Part shown: positions 32,691-40,849 of the stretch, piece after piece
How positions within the stretch are numbered: position 1 is the stretch's first letter
Layout of the letters: each line of letters starts with the position of its first letter
NCBI GenBank assembly: GCA_963822445.1
Contig: CAWGHO010000001.1
Location: 960,001 to 1,024,000, forward strand
DNA length: 64,000 bases
Source: an uncultured Acidobacteriota bacterium
GTDB taxonomy: Bacteria > Acidobacteriota > Thermoanaerobaculia > Gp7-AA8
Direction of reading: 5' to 3'
Program-made: the position numbers and the translations under genes
Notes under the pieces: generated by a model
Databases searched by the model: none
Told to the model about the DNA's origin: nothing
What the model saw: the letters and a program-made list of their open reading frames with translations, nothing else

Positions 32691-32788
32691 GGGCGGGCCG
32701 CCCCGGCCGCGCTCGCCGGCCACCCTGGCCGGCGATCAGGGCCGGGCGAGGCGCCCGGTCCGAGCCGAGCGAGGCGCTCGGCCTCCGG
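32691..32788. other. GC-rich nested hairpin cluster in an intergenic region
   Basis: TCGCCGGCCA/TGGCCGGCGA (32713-32735) nested in CGCCCCGGCC/GGCCGGGCG, followed by GCCGAGCG/CGCTCGGC (32764-32782). Confidence 0.5.
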
Positions 32789-32805
32789 TGATTTAAAATA
32801 ACCCC

Positions 32806-35247
32806 ATGCGCGTCGACCACGAGAAGAAGGAGATCGTCTGTTCCGTCGGCGATCTCGTGCATCAGTCGACGTATCGCCGCATCGGCGTGGAGCGCGGCGA
32901 CGGCTTCCGGCGGATGTGGATCGGGCAGGACATCCACACTCGCCGCGCGGAGCAGCGCGCCAACGACGATCCGAATTACAGGGCTGAAGTTCACGTCATG
33001 CACCGGATGCAGATCGGCGCATGGGCGATCACCATCACCGGACGCATCGACGGCCTTTCCATCGACAAAGAGGCGAAGCGCGTCTCCATCGAAGAAGTGA
33101 AGTCGATTCACTTCGACCTCGAGCTCGAGGCGCTGTCGCGATCGGACAAGCTGCAGCGCCACCTCTATCAACTACTGCTCTACGCGTACTTCCTCTCCGG
33201 GCAGCCGGAGCTGGAAGGCTTCACCTTCGCGCCGCAGCTCGCGCTGATCGACCTCGTCTCCGGCGAGGCGAAGATCATCGACACCGAGTTCGAGCGCGAG
33301 AAAGTCGCGGCCACGCTCGAAGCGCATCTCACGCGGATCATCGAAGAGATCGACGTCGCCAGCGCACTGCGCGTCGCCAAGCGCGCGTTCGCCGACGCGC
33401 TGGAGTTTCCATTCGACGGCATGCGTCCGGGGCAGGAAGAGATCGTGTCCTCGGTCGCGCGGGCGATCTGGCAACGCGACGCGCTCCTCGTGTCCGCGCC
33501 GACGGGCATCGGCAAGACCATGGCCGTGCTCTATCCCGCGGTCCGGCAGTCGCTGAAGCTCGGCAAGAAGCTCTTCTTCCTCACCTCCAAGACGCTCCAG
33601 CAGGACGCGGCCGTCGAAGCATTGCGGCGGCTGAACGACGGATCGTTCCGTGTGCTGCGCATCCGCGCGAAGCAGAAGATGTGCGCGCACACCGAGATGA
33701 TCTGCCACGAGGACTTCTGCCCGTTCGCCGCGCAGTACTCGGCGAAGATGCAGAAGAGCGCGCTGCTCTCGCACCTGGTGACGTCGATGAGCTACTTCGA
33801 TCCCGACATCACCTTCGAGCTCGCCCGCGACACGGAAGTCTGCCCGTTCGAGGTCTCGCTCGAGCTCATCGAGCAGGCCGACGTCATCATCTGCGACTAC
33901 AACTACATCTTCGATCCGTACGTCGGCCTGAAGGCGTATTCGCAGGAGAACGACTACGGCGATTGCGTGCTGGTCGTCGATGAAGCCCACAACCTCGTCG
34001 ACCGCGGCCGCGGCTATTACTCGCCGGACCTGCACGAGAAGCAGTTCGACGAGATCAAGCATCACCTGATGACGCGCAACTGCTGGCTCGATGGCTGGGA
34101 AGAGCTGCTGGGCATGCTTCGCGACCACTTCAAGGAGCTCGCGGAAGTGCTCGATGGCCCGGCGGGTATCAACCAGGCTCTCTGCTCGCCGAATCGCGAG
34201 CTATTCCTCGAGCAGCGCGTGGAATGGGAGCGGCTCGTCCTCGAATACATCGGCTGGAAGATCGACAACCGCATCGCCGAGGAAGAAGACCCGCTGATCG
34301 ATTTCTACTTCAAGCTGGTCAAGCTCACGAATCTCCTTTCCGAGGAAGGCGAGGAGATCGCTCACATCATCGAGCGGACGAACGAAGGGCTGCGGCTGAA
34401 GATCTTCTGCAAGGACCCCTCGCGGTTCCTCGGCAAGATCTTCGAGTCCGCGCACGCGACCATCGCCCTCTCCGCAACGCTCGAGCCGTTCGACTTCTAC
34501 CGCAAGACCCTCGGCTTTCCCTCCGAGCGCACGGCCGAGCTCTCACTCCCCTCGCCGTTCCCGCGCGAGAACCGGAAGATCGTGGTGATCTCAGAAGTCG
34601 ACACAACGTACAAGAAACGCGCGGATCACTACGATCGCATCGCCGCGAACGTCGCCGAGATCTCCGACGCCGGCGACGGCAACTTCCTCGCGCTCTTCCC
34701 CAGCTACGCGTTCCTGCGCGAGATCGCCGACCGCATGCCGCCGATCACCAAGCGGGTGATGGTGCAGCGCAACGACATGACCGATTACGAGCGGAACGCG
34801 ATCCTGGACATCCTCCGCGACAAGCCGCGCCGCGGAAATCTGATCATGGCCGTCTCGGGCGGGATGTACGCGGAAGGCATCGACTACCAGGGCGATATGC
34901 TGTCCGGCGTGATGGTCGTCGGTCCGGCGTTGCCGCAGGTGAGCTTCGAGCAGGAGCTGCTCAAACAGTATTACGACGAGCAGTACGGCTCGGGATTCGA
35001 GTTCGCGTACCTGATCCCGGGCATGACCCGCGTCGTGCAGTCGGCAGGTCGCGTGATCCGCAGCGAAACGGACATCGGCGTGATCGCGTTGCTGTGCAAG
35101 CGCTTCACGCAGGAGAGCTACACGCGCTACTTTCCGATGGATTGGTATGAGGAATCGCCGCGCGAGCTGGTCACGCGAAAGGCGGCCGCGGATGTGCGCT
35201 CGTTCTTCGAAGCGAAAAACGCGCCGCAATTGAGGATGTTGTTTTGA
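32806..35247 (+). CDS. DinG/XPD (Rad3)-family Fe-S DNA helicase with N-terminal PD-(D/E)xK nuclease domain
   Basis: GRIDGL...IEEVKS...QLLLY nuclease motifs; Q motif RPGQ; APTGIGKT; Fe-S Cys residues; DEAHNL; SATL; QSAGRVIR. Confidence 0.92.
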   Translation: MRVDHEKKEIVCSVGDLVHQSTYRRIGVERGDGFRRMWIGQDIHTRRAEQRANDDPNYRAEVHVMHRMQIGAWAITITGRIDGLSIDKEAKRVSIEEVKSIHFDLELEALSRSDKLQRHLYQLLLYAYFLSGQPELEGFTFAPQLALIDLVSGEAKIIDTEFEREKVAATLEAHLTRIIEEIDVASALRVAKRAFADALEFPFDGMRPGQEEIVSSVARAIWQRDALLVSAPTGIGKTMAVLYPAVRQSLKLGKKLFFLTSKTLQQDAAVEALRRLNDGSFRVLRIRAKQKMCAHTEMICHEDFCPFAAQYSAKMQKSALLSHLVTSMSYFDPDITFELARDTEVCPFEVSLELIEQADVIICDYNYIFDPYVGLKAYSQENDYGDCVLVVDEAHNLVDRGRGYYSPDLHEKQFDEIKHHLMTRNCWLDGWEELLGMLRDHFKELAEVLDGPAGINQALCSPNRELFLEQRVEWERLVLEYIGWKIDNRIAEEEDPLIDFYFKLVKLTNLLSEEGEEIAHIIERTNEGLRLKIFCKDPSRFLGKIFESAHATIALSATLEPFDFYRKTLGFPSERTAELSLPSPFPRENRKIVVISEVDTTYKKRADHYDRIAANVAEISDAGDGNFLALFPSYAFLREIADRMPPITKRVMVQRNDMTDYERNAILDILRDKPRRGNLIMAVSGGMYAEGIDYQGDMLSGVMVVGPALPQVSFEQELLKQYYDEQYGSGFEFAYLIPGMTRVVQSAGRVIRSETDIGVIALLCKRFTQESYTRYFPMDWYEESPRELVTRKAAADVRSFFEAKNAPQLRMLF

Positions 35248-35756
35248 GACATTTGCCGGTTCTGCTTCTTCTTCTCGCCGCCTGCGCTTCCACCACTCCC
35301 CCACCCGCACCGCCTCCCGTCCCGGCGTGGGAAGCGGTTCCGGCGGGAATCAGCGGAGCGCTTTGTCAGCGGCTGCAGCTGGACGGCATCGGGACGATCG
35401 GTGCCGAGGTGGGGATGGTGAAGATCACCCAGCCGATCGCGTCGCCGCAGATCCTGGCTTCACTCGGCAAGCCGAAGCGCAGCGTGAACATCGTGCATCG
35501 CGCGCTTCCGATCGCCACGGCGACGACCGGAACCGGATCGTGCGCGTGGAGGCTGATCGACGCACTCGATCCGCAGCGGCACCGCGACGCGATGGTCGTC
35601 GAGCTTTCCTCGCCCGTCCCCAATCCCTCGAAAAACGCCGCCGGCCTGGTCGCCCGCGTCTCCCTCGGCGGCACGCATCCGACCTGGTACTGGATCGAGC
35701 TGATCCCGCGCGGCGAAGGGTGGTCGGTGGGGCGGATTCTGCCGCTGGGGTTTTAG
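35244..35756 (+). CDS. Hypothetical lipoprotein
   Basis: TTGA overlap with the helicase gene; lipobox LAAC followed by a Pro-rich tether. Confidence 0.7.
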   Translation: MRHLPVLLLLLAACASTTPPPAPPPVPAWEAVPAGISGALCQRLQLDGIGTIGAEVGMVKITQPIASPQILASLGKPKRSVNIVHRALPIATATTGTGSCAWRLIDALDPQRHRDAMVVELSSPVPNPSKNAAGLVARVSLGGTHPTWYWIELIPRGEGWSVGRILPLGF

Positions 35757-37555
35757 GCCCAGTTCTCCAACCAGTACTGCAGCATGATCACCGCCCACAG
35801 CGGTTTGGCGTGATTGGCAGTGCCCGCGCGGTGCTCATCCAGTAGTCGCCTGACGTACGCCTCATCGACGAGTCCATGCAGCCGTTCAGGCGCGAGCAAC
35901 CGATCGACTTCCGATCGCAGCCCGCGATTGATCCAGCTCGCCACCGGCACACTCAAACCGCGCTTGCGGCGATAGATGACGTCGCGCGGCAACCACTTCT
36001 CCGCGGCTTTCTTCAGCACCCATTTCGTGGTCAGTCCGCGAACGCGCAGATCGGCTGGCAGCGACAGCGCGTACGCAGTGAGGAAGCGATCGAGATACGG
36101 CGCGCGCGCTTCGACTGACGAAAGCATGGTCGCGCGATCGACTTTCACGAGCAGGTTGTCGCGCAGGTAGCTTCGGTAGTCGAGCAGCATCGCGCCCGTC
36201 AGCGCGTTCTCGCCATGCGCAACGACGTCTGGGAGCGCACGCGCGGGCAGGCCGGTGCCGAACCAGGCCAGATGGCGCTCGATCCAGGGGCGCTCGGCGT
36301 CGGTGACGAACTTCTTCAGCAGATATTCGAGCGTGACCTTCTTCCCCGAGGGCGGAAGCGCGAACGCGAGCTTGCGCAGAGCCGTACGCGCGAAGGACGG
36401 CATGGAGTCGTACAGCGGCGCGACTTTGTGTCCGAGGTACGTCGGGTAGCCGCCGAACAGCTCATCGGCACCTTCGCCGCTGAGGATCACCTTCACATGC
36501 TCGCGAGCGGTGCGGGCCAGCAGGAACGTCGGAAGAATCGCCGGATCGGCGAGCGGTTCGGCGACGCGCCTCGTGACGTGGCGCAGAGCCTCGAGCAGCG
36601 TCTCCTCGTCCGCGCGCACCGGCACGTGGCGCGTGCGCATGTGTCTGGCCAGCTCCGCCGCATCCGCACTCTCGTCATAAGACTCCTCGGCGAACTGCGC
36701 CGAAAACGTGTGCACCTTGTCGACGCCGATCGCCTTCGAGGCGAGCGTGGCCAGGAGCGAGGAATCGAGTCCGCCGCTGATGAAGACGCCGACCGGGACG
36801 TCGGACATGACCTGCTTGGTCACCGCGTCCTCGATGAGCCGCTGCGTCGTGGCGATCGCCTCGCGGGCATCGCGCGGCTCGATCGTGAATCGCTCCGGAT
36901 CCCAGTAACGGATGGTCTCTTCGCCGCCGTCTTTGAAGAGCATCAGCGTTCCCGCCGGAACGCGGCGGATCGCCGCAAACGGGGTGCGCGGCTCGGGGAT
37001 GTAGCCGAGGGTCAGGTATTCGTCGATGGCGACACGATCGAGATCGCGCGAGATTTCGGGATGCCGCAGCAGACATTGCAGCTCCGAGGCGAAGAGCACT
37101 TCGTCGCCGGAGCGCATGTAGAACAGCGGCTTCTCGCCGGCGCGGTCGCGCGCGAGGAGCAGCGTGCGCGTGCGGTTGTCCCAGATCGCCAGCCCGAACA
37201 TGCCGTCGAGCATCTCCACGGCCTTCGGACCCTGATCGAGGTACAGCGGCAGGATCGTCTCGACGTCGGAGTGCGAGCGGTACGGGTAGTCGCGATAGCG
37301 CGCGCGGATCTCGGCGGCGTTGTAAATCTCGCCGTTCGCCTCGAGCCACACCGAACCGTCAGGCGATGCGAACGGCTGGTCGGCGCGCTCGTGCAGGTCG
37401 ATGATCCGCAGCCGCTCCGTACCGATGCGGGCGTTCGGATGCGTGAGCACCGCCCGCCCGTCCGGACCGCGATGACGCAGGGCCTCCCCCATCTCGTCGA
37501 GGACGTGGGGGAAGCGGAGCGCGTTCGCGCCGATCATTCCGTAGATGCCGCACAT
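35753..37555 (-). CDS. asnB: Asparagine synthase (glutamine-hydrolysing) family amidotransferase
   Basis: N-terminal MCGI, HRGPDG, NGEIYN, RDRAGEKPLFY, SGGLDSS and SGEGADELFGGY. Confidence 0.93.
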   Translation of the reverse strand: MCGIYGMIGANALRFPHVLDEMGEALRHRGPDGRAVLTHPNARIGTERLRIIDLHERADQPFASPDGSVWLEANGEIYNAAEIRARYRDYPYRSHSDVETILPLYLDQGPKAVEMLDGMFGLAIWDNRTRTLLLARDRAGEKPLFYMRSGDEVLFASELQCLLRHPEISRDLDRVAIDEYLTLGYIPEPRTPFAAIRRVPAGTLMLFKDGGEETIRYWDPERFTIEPRDAREAIATTQRLIEDAVTKQVMSDVPVGVFISGGLDSSLLATLASKAIGVDKVHTFSAQFAEESYDESADAAELARHMRTRHVPVRADEETLLEALRHVTRRVAEPLADPAILPTFLLARTAREHVKVILSGEGADELFGGYPTYLGHKVAPLYDSMPSFARTALRKLAFALPPSGKKVTLEYLLKKFVTDAERPWIERHLAWFGTGLPARALPDVVAHGENALTGAMLLDYRSYLRDNLLVKVDRATMLSSVEARAPYLDRFLTAYALSLPADLRVRGLTTKWVLKKAAEKWLPRDVIYRRKRGLSVPVASWINRGLRSEVDRLLAPERLHGLVDEAYVRRLLDEHRAGTANHAKPLWAVIMLQYWLENWA

Positions 37556-37579
37556 TGGCGGCGCGCATTGTGCCAGACC

Positions 37580-37699
37580 ACGAGGGGCCTCCGGCGGGCG
37601 GCCCCGGGCCGCCGCGCTGGTTGTGCCTTCTGCCGGGATCGCGCTGGATGCGCGAATCGCGTTCACGCCAACACTAACGCAGCGGCCCGGGGCCGCCCG
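37580..37699. repeat. REP-like inverted repeat pair whose right arm is interrupted by the IS110
   Basis: Left arm ACGAGGGGCCTCCGGCGGGCGGCCCCGGGCCGC (37580-37612). Right arm GCGGCCCGGGGCCGCCCG (37682-37699) continues after the IS as TCCGGAGGCCTCTCGT (39240-39255). Confidence 0.85.
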
Positions 37700-37715
37700 C
37701 CTATAGCTTGTCCGG

Positions 37716-37955
37716 CCGTCTCTCCGCTTCTCCCTCAGCCCTCAGAGAAGTACCCGTTGGGTGGCAATCGGGAGAATCGGGTTCAGGCGGCGCGATACTG
37801 AGAGGAAGGGTTCGTCCCGCTACGAATTCCGCCCGTGTTCGGATCGACGAATCCCTCCGGACTTTCGAGCGGGACGAAGTGCTTTGGCCCGAAACGCATT
37901 CTCAGATGCTGTCGGAGCACGACTCGACTATAGGCCTTGCGCGCGGCCAAAGCCA
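37716..37955 (+). ncRNA. Predicted IS110 bridge RNA (target-binding loop 37811-37878, donor-binding loop 37881-37953)
   Basis: Closing stems TTCGTCCCGCT/AGCGGGACGAA and GCTTTGGCC/GGCCAAAGC. Guides: LTG CCGCCCGT 37829-37836, RTG CCTCCGGAC 37854-37862, LDG CTCAGATGC 37901-37909, RDG CTATAGGC 37928-37935. The 5' and 3' limits are estimates. Confidence 0.85.
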
Positions 37956-37973
37956 ACCCGAAGGGAGGGTGTG

Positions 37974-39218
37974 ATGAGCGAGTTCGAGTTTGGGGCGTTG
38001 GTGGGACTGGATTGGGGTGACACATCGCACGAGGTGGCTCTTTGGGACGAGCAGCAGCAGACGTGCACGAACGAGCGCATCGAGCACACGCCTGCGGCTC
38101 TGCGCGCATGGATCGAAGCGCTGCAGGCGCGCTTCGGCGGGGCACCGATCGCCGTGGCCATCGAGCAGTCCCGCGGCGCGGTCTTCGACGCGCTCAGCGG
38201 CTATCCGTTCGTCACGTTGTATCCGATCAACCCACGCAGTGCAGCCCGGTATCGTGAGGCGTTTCATCCGAGCCTTTCGAAAGACGATCCGACCGACGCG
38301 GCGTCCTTGCTCGACCTGCTCCGTAAGCACCGCAACGAGCTGCGCCCGTTCATCGCCGACGACGCTTCTACGCGGCTGCTGCGGCTTCTGACCGAGGATC
38401 GGCGGGAGCTCGTCGATCAGAGGACGCAACACGTCCAACGCATGACCGATCGGCTCAAGACGTACTACCCGCAGGCGCTCCGGTGGGCCGGCGCGTTGAT
38501 TACGGCCCAGGCCTGTGACTTCCTCGAACGCTGGCCGACGCTCGAGGCCATCCAAAGGGCTCGGCCGTCCGCGATACGGAGGTTCTATGCGGGTCATCAT
38601 CACGCGGCCGCGTGGATCGACCAGAGGCTCGCCGAGATCCGTTCAGAGGTCGCGTTCCACGACGACCAGGTCACCACTGACGCTGCCGTGCTGCTGATCG
38701 GAAGCGAGGTTGCGCAGATCCGGGCCCTCAACACGAGCATCGCCACGTACGACCAGAAGATCTCGGCGGCGTTCGCCGCCCACCAGGACGCGTCGATCTT
38801 CGCGAGCTTCCCTGGCGCCGGCCAACAGCTCGCGCCGCGGCTCGCCGCCGCCTTCGGGACCGATCGCAAGCGCTTCGGCAGCGCCGTCAACGTCGCCACC
38901 CGAAGCGGCATCGCCCCGGTTCTCCGCCGGAGCGGCAAAACGGCGGTCGTGCACATGCGCTGGGCTTGTCCGAAGTTCCTGCGTCAGACGTTCCATGAGT
39001 ACGCGCGAGTCTCGATCGGTCAGTCCGAATGGGCTCGAGCCTTCTACAAGCAGCAACGCGCGCGCGGACACAGCCACCACGAGGCTATCCGCACGCTCGC
39101 TTACCGCTGGATCCGCGTCCTTTACGCCTGCTGGAACAATCGCACCGTCTACGACGAAGCTCTCTATCTGCGGCAGCTCGCCACCCGAGGCTCAACCCTC
39201 GCCACAGCTGCTGCCTGA
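37974..39218 (+). CDS. IS110-family transposase/recombinase (DEDD RuvC-like + Transposase_20 domain), 414 aa
   Basis: GLDW, AIEQ and SKDDPTDA catalytic motifs; FPGAG..LA..L; GIAPVLRRSGK (catalytic Ser region); RBS GGGAGG before GTGATG. Confidence 0.96.
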   Translation: MSEFEFGALVGLDWGDTSHEVALWDEQQQTCTNERIEHTPAALRAWIEALQARFGGAPIAVAIEQSRGAVFDALSGYPFVTLYPINPRSAARYREAFHPSLSKDDPTDAASLLDLLRKHRNELRPFIADDASTRLLRLLTEDRRELVDQRTQHVQRMTDRLKTYYPQALRWAGALITAQACDFLERWPTLEAIQRARPSAIRRFYAGHHHAAAWIDQRLAEIRSEVAFHDDQVTTDAAVLLIGSEVAQIRALNTSIATYDQKISAAFAAHQDASIFASFPGAGQQLAPRLAAAFGTDRKRFGSAVNVATRSGIAPVLRRSGKTAVVHMRWACPKFLRQTFHEYARVSIGQSEWARAFYKQQRARGHSHHEAIRTLAYRWIRVLYACWNNRTVYDEALYLRQLATRGSTLATAAA

Positions 39219-39219
39219 C

Positions 39220-39225
39220 TTGACA
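39220..39225 (+). promoter_or_regulatory. -35 box TTGACA in the IS right end, pairing with a -10 box in the left end (37702-37709) only in the excised circle
   Basis: Circle junction reads TTGACA-ggaaggctcagatgcc-TATAGCTT (16-nt spacer to TATAGC, 18-nt to TAGCTT). Confidence 0.75.
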
Positions 39226-39232
39226 GGAAGGC

Positions 39233-40849
39233 TCAGATGTCCGGAGGCCTCTCGTCGTTCCCGTTCGCGTACGCCACGTGATGGGCGCCGGCAGCGACGT
39301 TCGTCCAACCGCGAGCTTCGAGCAATGCCCGCCGCGGCTTGTCGTTGTTCCGGACGATGTAGACCCGTGGATTGGCTGCGGCGAGCGAGCGCTCGAAGTA
39401 CGGCAGCGGCTTGAGCGGCGACGCGGGATTGGTCGTGAACTTCTCGTAGCGACGCACGAGGTAATTGCTGGTCATCTCGCTCGCGTCTTCGGTCACGACC
39501 ACGATCGGCCTCTGGAGATAAAACGCCATCGATCCGGTGAAGGCCTCGACGCCGATGATCTCCGTGTCCGGACGCACGTGCGGCGCGAGTCTCGCCACGA
39601 ACGAGCGCGTCGAGCGCCGTTCGCCGATCGCCTTCATCAGCGGATTGGTGATCAGCGGCATGAGCAGCACGGGCAACGACAGCGCGATCAGCACCAGCTC
39701 TTTCCGTTTCGCGAAAAGCGCGACCAGACCACCCAGCGCGAAGGCGCCGCCGAGGAAGAGCGCGGTGTCGTCGGCGACCGCGGCGATCTCCGGCTTCATC
39801 TTCGTCCGATGAAACACGAACGGCGCGACGAGCAGGATGCCGCCGAAGATGGCGAACACGATCGCCGCCGCGCGCGTCCGCGCCTCTTCCCAGATGCGCG
39901 CGATCACCAGCGCGATGGCTGGCATCAGCGGCAGGATGTACTGCGGCCGCTTCGACTGCGAGATCGAGAAAAAGACCAGCGGAATGGCGATCCAGAGCGC
40001 GAGAAACAGCAGGTCCCGCCGCTTCAGCGAGCGCCAGCTGAAGATCGCCACGAGCGACCAGGGCATCGCCCCGGCGAGCAGATACGGCAGGAAGTACCAG
40101 GGCGGTCCGGTGCGCTGCAGCTCTTTCGTGGCCATGCGCGTGGCGGTCTCGGTCACCAGCACGTAGTGCAGAAACTCAGGCACGACCTGGGTCACGCCCC
40201 ACAGCCACGGCGCGATAACCGCGGCGAACAAAACGATCCCGAGAATCGGGAAGAGCACGCGCACCGCTCGCTGAATGAGCGCGTACGGAATGACCACGAA
40301 CAGCACCAGCACGAACGTGACCGGGCCCTTGGTAATCATGGCCAGGCCCATCGCCGCCCAGGCCAGAATCGACCATCGCGAGTTACGCTCTTCGATCGCG
40401 AAGTAAAACGCGACCAGCGCGACGGTGCAGAAGAACATCAGCGCGCTGTCGAAGATCACCGTCCGGGCGAAAGCAACGGTCAGCGGCATCGCCAGGAACG
40501 TGATCGCCGCGATGTACGGCGCGTCTCCACCCCACACGCGCCGCGCGAACCAGAAAATCACCGCACCTGTGGCAATCGTGAAGAGGTACGCCGGCAACCG
40601 CGCCGCGACTTCCGTAGGTCCGAGGACCTCCATCGCCGCGGCTTCGGCCGCGAAATAGACCACGGGCTTATCGAGATACGGCAGCCCGTTGAGACGCGGC
40701 ATGACGTAGTCGTTCGTCTCCGCCATCTCCCGCGCCACTTCCGCGTTGCGGCCTTCATCGGCGTCGAGAAGCGGAAAGCCGCCGAGGTGAATCGCGAGGG
40801 CGATCACCGCGGCGGCTGTCCAGAATTTGAGGAGAGGTGAAGCGGTCAA
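39233..40849 (-). CDS. ArnT/PMT-like (GT39/GT83) membrane glycosyltransferase
   Basis: DADEGRNAEVAREM...PRLNGLPYLDKPV, ARLP, LAMITKGP, PPWYF and SKRPQYILP. TTG start overlaps the upstream stop; the stop codon lies inside the IS right end. Confidence 0.9.
   Translation of the reverse strand: MTASPLLKFWTAAAVIALAIHLGGFPLLDADEGRNAEVAREMAETNDYVMPRLNGLPYLDKPVVYFAAEAAAMEVLGPTEVAARLPAYLFTIATGAVIFWFARRVWGGDAPYIAAITFLAMPLTVAFARTVIFDSALMFFCTVALVAFYFAIEERNSRWSILAWAAMGLAMITKGPVTFVLVLFVVIPYALIQRAVRVLFPILGIVLFAAVIAPWLWGVTQVVPEFLHYVLVTETATRMATKELQRTGPPWYFLPYLLAGAMPWSLVAIFSWRSLKRRDLLFLALWIAIPLVFFSISQSKRPQYILPLMPAIALVIARIWEEARTRAAAIVFAIFGGILLVAPFVFHRTKMKPEIAAVADDTALFLGGAFALGGLVALFAKRKELVLIALSLPVLLMPLITNPLMKAIGERRSTRSFVARLAPHVRPDTEIIGVEAFTGSMAFYLQRPIVVVTEDASEMTSNYLVRRYEKFTTNPASPLKPLPYFERSLAAANPRVYIVRNNDKPRRALLEARGWTNVAAGAHHVAYANGNDERPPDI

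Larger units (their letters stand above)
37700..39239 (+). mobile_element. IS110-family insertion sequence, 1540 bp, with a long left non-coding end and short right end
   Basis: Removing 37700-39239 restores the repeat arm; both ends match guide segments in the element's own non-coding region; no target-site duplication beyond one shared G. Confidence 0.9.

Noticed and set aside
37672-37701. Integron attC site (CACTAAC / GTTAGTG)
   Set aside because: It does not fit RYYYAAC...GTTRRRY, and there is no integrase or cassette array.
37863-37937. Handshake-guide dinucleotides 3' of RTG (TT) and RDG (CT)
   Set aside because: Complementarity to the partner DNA is weak by eye, so no claim is made without an alignment of homologs.
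37761-37973. 71-aa N-terminal extension of the transposase ORF
   Set aside because: It overlaps the structured RNA; the DEDD domain and an RBS point to the start at 37971/37974.
37741-39237. CTCAGA direct repeat (37741-37746 and 39232-39237) and TGTCCGG (37709-37715 and 39238-39244) as alternative IS boundaries or target duplications
   Set aside because: Neither choice restores the repeat arm or matches all four guide segments. The 37700-39239 boundaries do both and also give the junction promoter.
37580-39255. ACGAGGGGCCTCCGG / CCGGAGGCCTCTCGT as terminal inverted repeats of the IS
   Set aside because: They are the outer parts of the host REP-like pair. Collapsing them on the shared TCCGG would fuse the glycosyltransferase in frame to AsnB and bury the N-terminal Cys that AsnB needs.
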